Shown here: positions 59,874 to 64,000 of the stretch, one piece after another
How positions within the stretch are numbered: the stretch's first letter is position 1
How the letters are laid out: every line of letters starts with the position of its first letter
Origin: Octopus vulgaris
Taxonomy: Eukaryota
Reading direction: 5' to 3'
Length of the DNA: 64,000 bases
Assembly (NCBI GenBank): GCA_951406725.2
Contig: OX597835.1
Coordinates: 26,102,001 to 26,166,000 of the forward strand
The notes under the pieces: generated by a model
What the model saw: only the letters and a program-made list of their open reading frames with translations
Told to the model about the DNA's origin: nothing
The model's database searches: none
Program-made: the position numbers and the translations under genes

Positions 59874-60585
59874 GTGATGGTGGTGATGACGATAATTGTG
59901 ATGATAACGATGATGAAACTGATGATATTGGAATGCAGTTTGGAGGTAAATAAGTGCGCCGTTGAAGGTAAACTCTGATGGCATAAAGTGACCAAAAGAC
60001 ATCAACTTTAGATTGCTGTGGTATAATGAGAGGTAGAAATGCCTTGAAGTTCTGCAAGACGATACGATAATTGGTGGAGAAATGAGAGAGAAAACCATTG
60101 AAGTGTACAAGATGAGACTTAGGAAGATACTCGAAACAAAATTAAATTGAGAGAACGTCATCAAAGCCATAAAAACACGGGCTATGCCCGTATTGAAGTA
60201 GAGTAATACCTCGCCATATCGCGGTTCACCTATCGCGGTTCGCCATTCGCGGTTTATTGTTTAAGCTTCCGTCGATTCCTCTGTTCCTCTTTGGTAAAAT
60301 AAATATATACAAATTATTAAAATAATAAAATAATTATTCAATAGATTACTGTTTCTACTTCGCGGATTTTCACCTATCGCTGGGGGTTTTGGAACGTAAC
60401 ACTTGCGATAGACCAGGGATTGCTGCATTCTGCTCCCGTTCCGAATTGGGCAAAATTCGAGCAACATAAATTGAATATAAGAACTAGAAAGTTACTCACT
60501 CACGGTGCAGAACGCAATCCACCCTTAAAACAGTACCAACCGACTCTGCCTACCAAGAAACGAAGGCGGCAGAGAACACTTTTTA
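59790..60585 (+). pseudogene. Decayed R4/Dong-like LINE RT, C-terminal part
   Basis: INVSYMLF; TDDIGMQFG; LEVLQDD..EMREK..YKMRLRKILETKLN*ENVIKAIKTRAMPVLKY, then past the MITE SAPVPNW..IRTRKLLT..RLCLPRNEGGR. Confidence 0.85.
60201..60425. mobile_element. pogo/Tigger-like MITE at a TA site inside the LINE relic
   Basis: Imperfect TIRs GAGTAATACCTCG..TATCGCG and GCGATAGACCAGGGATTGCTG; removing it restores the reading L-K-Y-S-A. Confidence 0.75.
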
Positions 60586-60634
60586 TACTATGGTACTGGG
60601 TCTGAAAAATTATGCTGTGTAGAGTAAAGAAAGA

Positions 60635-60820
60635 ATATTTATTCCTTTATTGCCCACAGGGGACTAAACATAGATGGGGCCAATCAAGGACAGACAAAGG
60701 GATTAAGTCGATTATATCGACCCCAGTGCGTAACTGGTACTTATTTAATCGACCCCGAAAGGATGAAAGACAAAGTCGACCTCGGCGGAATTTGAACTCA
60801 GGACCTAACGGCTGACGAAA
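60635..60820 (-). mobile_element. SINE S2 body
   Basis: AAGGACAGACAAAGGGATTAAGTCG...CCCCGAAAGGATGAAAGACAAAGTCGACCTCGGCGGAATTTGAACTCAG. Confidence 0.85.
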
Positions 60821-60864
60821 TAAAGAATATTATCGGGAAACAGATGTACCCAAAACGTGGCTGA

Positions 60865-61583
60865 AACAACAACACTGGCAACTACCACCACCACCACCAC
60901 AACAACAACATCGGCAGCAACCAACACTACAACAACAATACCGGCAACAACTACCACCACAACAATTACACCGGCAACAACCACAAAAACCACAACAACA
61001 GCGAGAGCAGCAACAACAACACCGGCAACAACTACAAGAAGAACAACAGACAGAGCAACAACAGCAGCAACGACGACGGCACCATCAACAGCAGCAGCAG
61101 CAGTAACAAGTGTGAAAAATCAGAACGGCGGCGCCAACGTCAACATCTCCATATTAAGAGACGGAGAGCATCCATGATGTGAGCTTGGATAAGAGTAACA
61201 GGCAACGATTCCGATATATGGAATGGCGTTATTACGGCAGAGAACATTGCAGAGCAGAAGACGGCAGTGTCTGTGTGTCAGTAACGGGGAGAGGGGGGGA
61301 GTGAGAGTGGCGAAGAAGTGGTTTAAAGGCAGAGATTACGTTTGCATTATTAGGGGGTAGTGGGAAAGAGGGAAAAGAGTGTGTATGTTGTGGGAGAAAA
61401 AGGAGTGACAAGGGAAAGAGAGGGAGAGACAAAGAGCAAAAAATGTTGTGAGGTGTAATGTGTGTGTGTGTGTCTGTGTGTGTGTGTGTATGTGTGTGTG
61501 TGTGTGTGCACGTGTGCGTATGTGTGTGTTTATATACATACAACATGCATGCATATATACATACATATGTGTGTGTGTGTGCA

Positions 61584-61615
<32 letters not shown>

Positions 61616-61662
61616 CACACAATCTTACACATAATATTCGCACATTCTCTCTCTCTCTCTCA

Positions 61663-61696
<34 letters not shown>

Positions 61697-61889
61697 ATGT
61701 ATATAGGTACTATATGTCTATATGTATGTACGTATGTATATATGTATATATATGTATGTATATATATATATATGTATGTATATATATATGTATGTACATA
61801 TGTATATATGTATATATATGTATACATATATATGTATATAAATATACGTATATATATATATATATACATATATATACATATGTACATAT

Positions 61890-61934
<45 letters not shown>

Positions 61935-62129
61935 GTACATAATACATAGATACATACATACATACATACATACACATACTCATGCAATGAGTTGTGATGT
62001 TATAAGAGAAAATGAGATATGAAAGAGACAGCAAAAAGAGGGAACATGCTAGTTGAAACACATAGGCAGATAGACGGATGGATGGATGGGCAGACAGATA
62101 GACAGACAGAGAGAGAGAGAGAGAGAGAG

Positions 62130-62181
<52 letters not shown>

Positions 62182-62213
62182 TAAAGATAGATAGATAGAT
62201 AGATTAAAGATAT

Positions 62214-62291
<78 letters not shown>

Positions 62292-62640
62292 TAAAGATAG
62301 ATAGATAGATAGATAAATTGATACACGAAGAGAGGGACAAAGCCAGAGAAAAAATATGAGCGCCGGTGAAATATAGACAAACGGATATCTCATTATGTGA
62401 AAATGAAAGTAGAACTATAAAATAACACAAGCAACACCCACGTTTCTACCACCACCACCGCCACCGCAATAATAAATAAATAAATATATAGATATTAAGT
62501 CGTTCATCTTTATTCTATTATGGAAGAGCGTGAGCGATATTACAGGAGAGAAAAAATAATTTGAAACTGTCGAAACACCAGTAATGTCAGAACATTAACG
62601 ACATCGCTGTATTTTGGTCATTAATCTCTCTCTCTCTCCC

Positions 62641-62729
<89 letters not shown>

Positions 62730-62811
62730 AAATATATATATATGTATATATGTATATATATATGTATATATGTATATATATATGTATATATATATATATG
62801 TATATATATAC

Positions 62812-62851
<40 letters not shown>

Positions 62852-63174
62852 GTATATAAACATATATATATATATATATATATTCAATGTCTTTGCCCCG
62901 CTTCCCTCCTTCTCTGTTTAATGCCTTCTCTCCCTTTTCTTTCTCTTTATTACCTCATTTCCTTCTCTGTCTCTCTCTTTAATGTATCCGCTCTCTCTCT
63001 CTCTCTCTCTTTTTACACATACTCTCCCTTACTCCCTTTATTCCCAGTCAATCCTCCAACCATCTTTACTTTTCTTTCTCTCCTCGTCCATCTCTCATAC
63101 TTAGTTTTCGTCTGTGCCCGTCCGTTTCAATCATTTTATCATCCGTTCTCTCTCTGCACTGCATGTATACACAT

Positions 63175-63225
<51 letters not shown>

Positions 63226-63231
63226 CATATA

Positions 63232-63288
<57 letters not shown>

Positions 63289-63365
63289 GAATGTATGTAT
63301 GTAGGTACGTATGTATGTATGTATGGATGTATGTATGTATGTATGTATGTATGTATGTATGTATG
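60865..63365. repeat. Microsatellite field: (ACA/GCA), (TG), (TA), (GATA) and pyrimidine tracts
   Basis: Directly visible. Confidence 0.85.
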
Positions 63366-63869
63366 CTATTGTCTTCTATCTCTAGCCTTGTCTCCTGGAA
63401 TCTTCTTCCTCCTTTCAGCTTCTTTTCTCCTCAGTTCTTACTCTGTTTTTTCCTTTCTCTCTTCATTTCTTTCGTAGCTTCTTTGGTTTTACCGTTTCTC
63501 TCTAAACCAAAATCTCAATCTACTTGCCACGATCACATTTTCCCCCTATTATAGGCATTTCAATGCCTTTACCCCCCACCCTTACCTACAAACCTACCTA
63601 CCCCTAACACTTTCCCTTCCCCCTTTCCTCCTTATATACTTAAATGCATATATAGGTTTCCTACATACCTACATACCTACTTACCTATTTTTTGCCTACA
63701 TATATATCTACTAACTCCATTATTATCCCATGTCTCTGCCTTCACAAAAACATACACTCATAAATATATAACAACATTTGACATACATAACAATAACAAC
63801 AACAGCAACATCAATAACAAGAAAAAGAAAAGCCACAGCAACAACAAAAGCAACAGGAAGAATATTTTC

Positions 63870-64000
63870 TCAAAGATTTTTAATAACTACATCACATCCC
63901 AATTGGAAGGATACGTCTTTGCTATACAAGAACACGAAACAGAAACCAAACACCAGACAAATAAAAGCGATAAAGATGAATCCATGCCTCCGTGTTGTGA
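63870..64000 (+). pseudogene. R4/Dong-like LINE post-RT fragment
   Basis: TSQLEGYVFAIQEHETETK resembles the EGxxxAIQ(D/E)Q motif that precedes the CCHC knuckle; same strand as 59790-60585. Confidence 0.65.

Overview
Eukaryotic, very AT-rich DNA saturated with microsatellites and with no recognisable host protein-coding gene. Nearly all ORFs in the supplied track are simple-repeat artefacts (YI/IY, CV/HT, LSIY, poly-T/N/D/E). The tRNA-headed SINE families match those I recall from Octopus (coleoid cephalopod) genomes; this assignment is an inference. Between the microsatellites are many SINE copies, mariner and pogo/Tigger-type MITEs, and decayed retroelement ORFs: a Penelope-like element (PLE) with RT and GIY-YIG motifs, R4/Dong-like LINE pieces and an RTE-like LINE. 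The most notable signal is a set of at least six unrelated short, ORF-less element families inserted in (TA)n arrays that carry type I hammerhead ribozyme (HHR) motifs. Five HHRs are fully canonical (6563-6643, 6766-6846, 24079-24142, 39510-39587, 40059-40136) and several others are core variants. These elements occur either as fold-back structures (inverted copy at the 5' end, 3' end abutting (TA)n) or as a 549-bp tandem unit bounded by two HHRs, i.e. a retrozyme-like or PLE pseudo-LTR (pLTR) system. All folds and translations were done by eye and coordinates may be off by a few bases.
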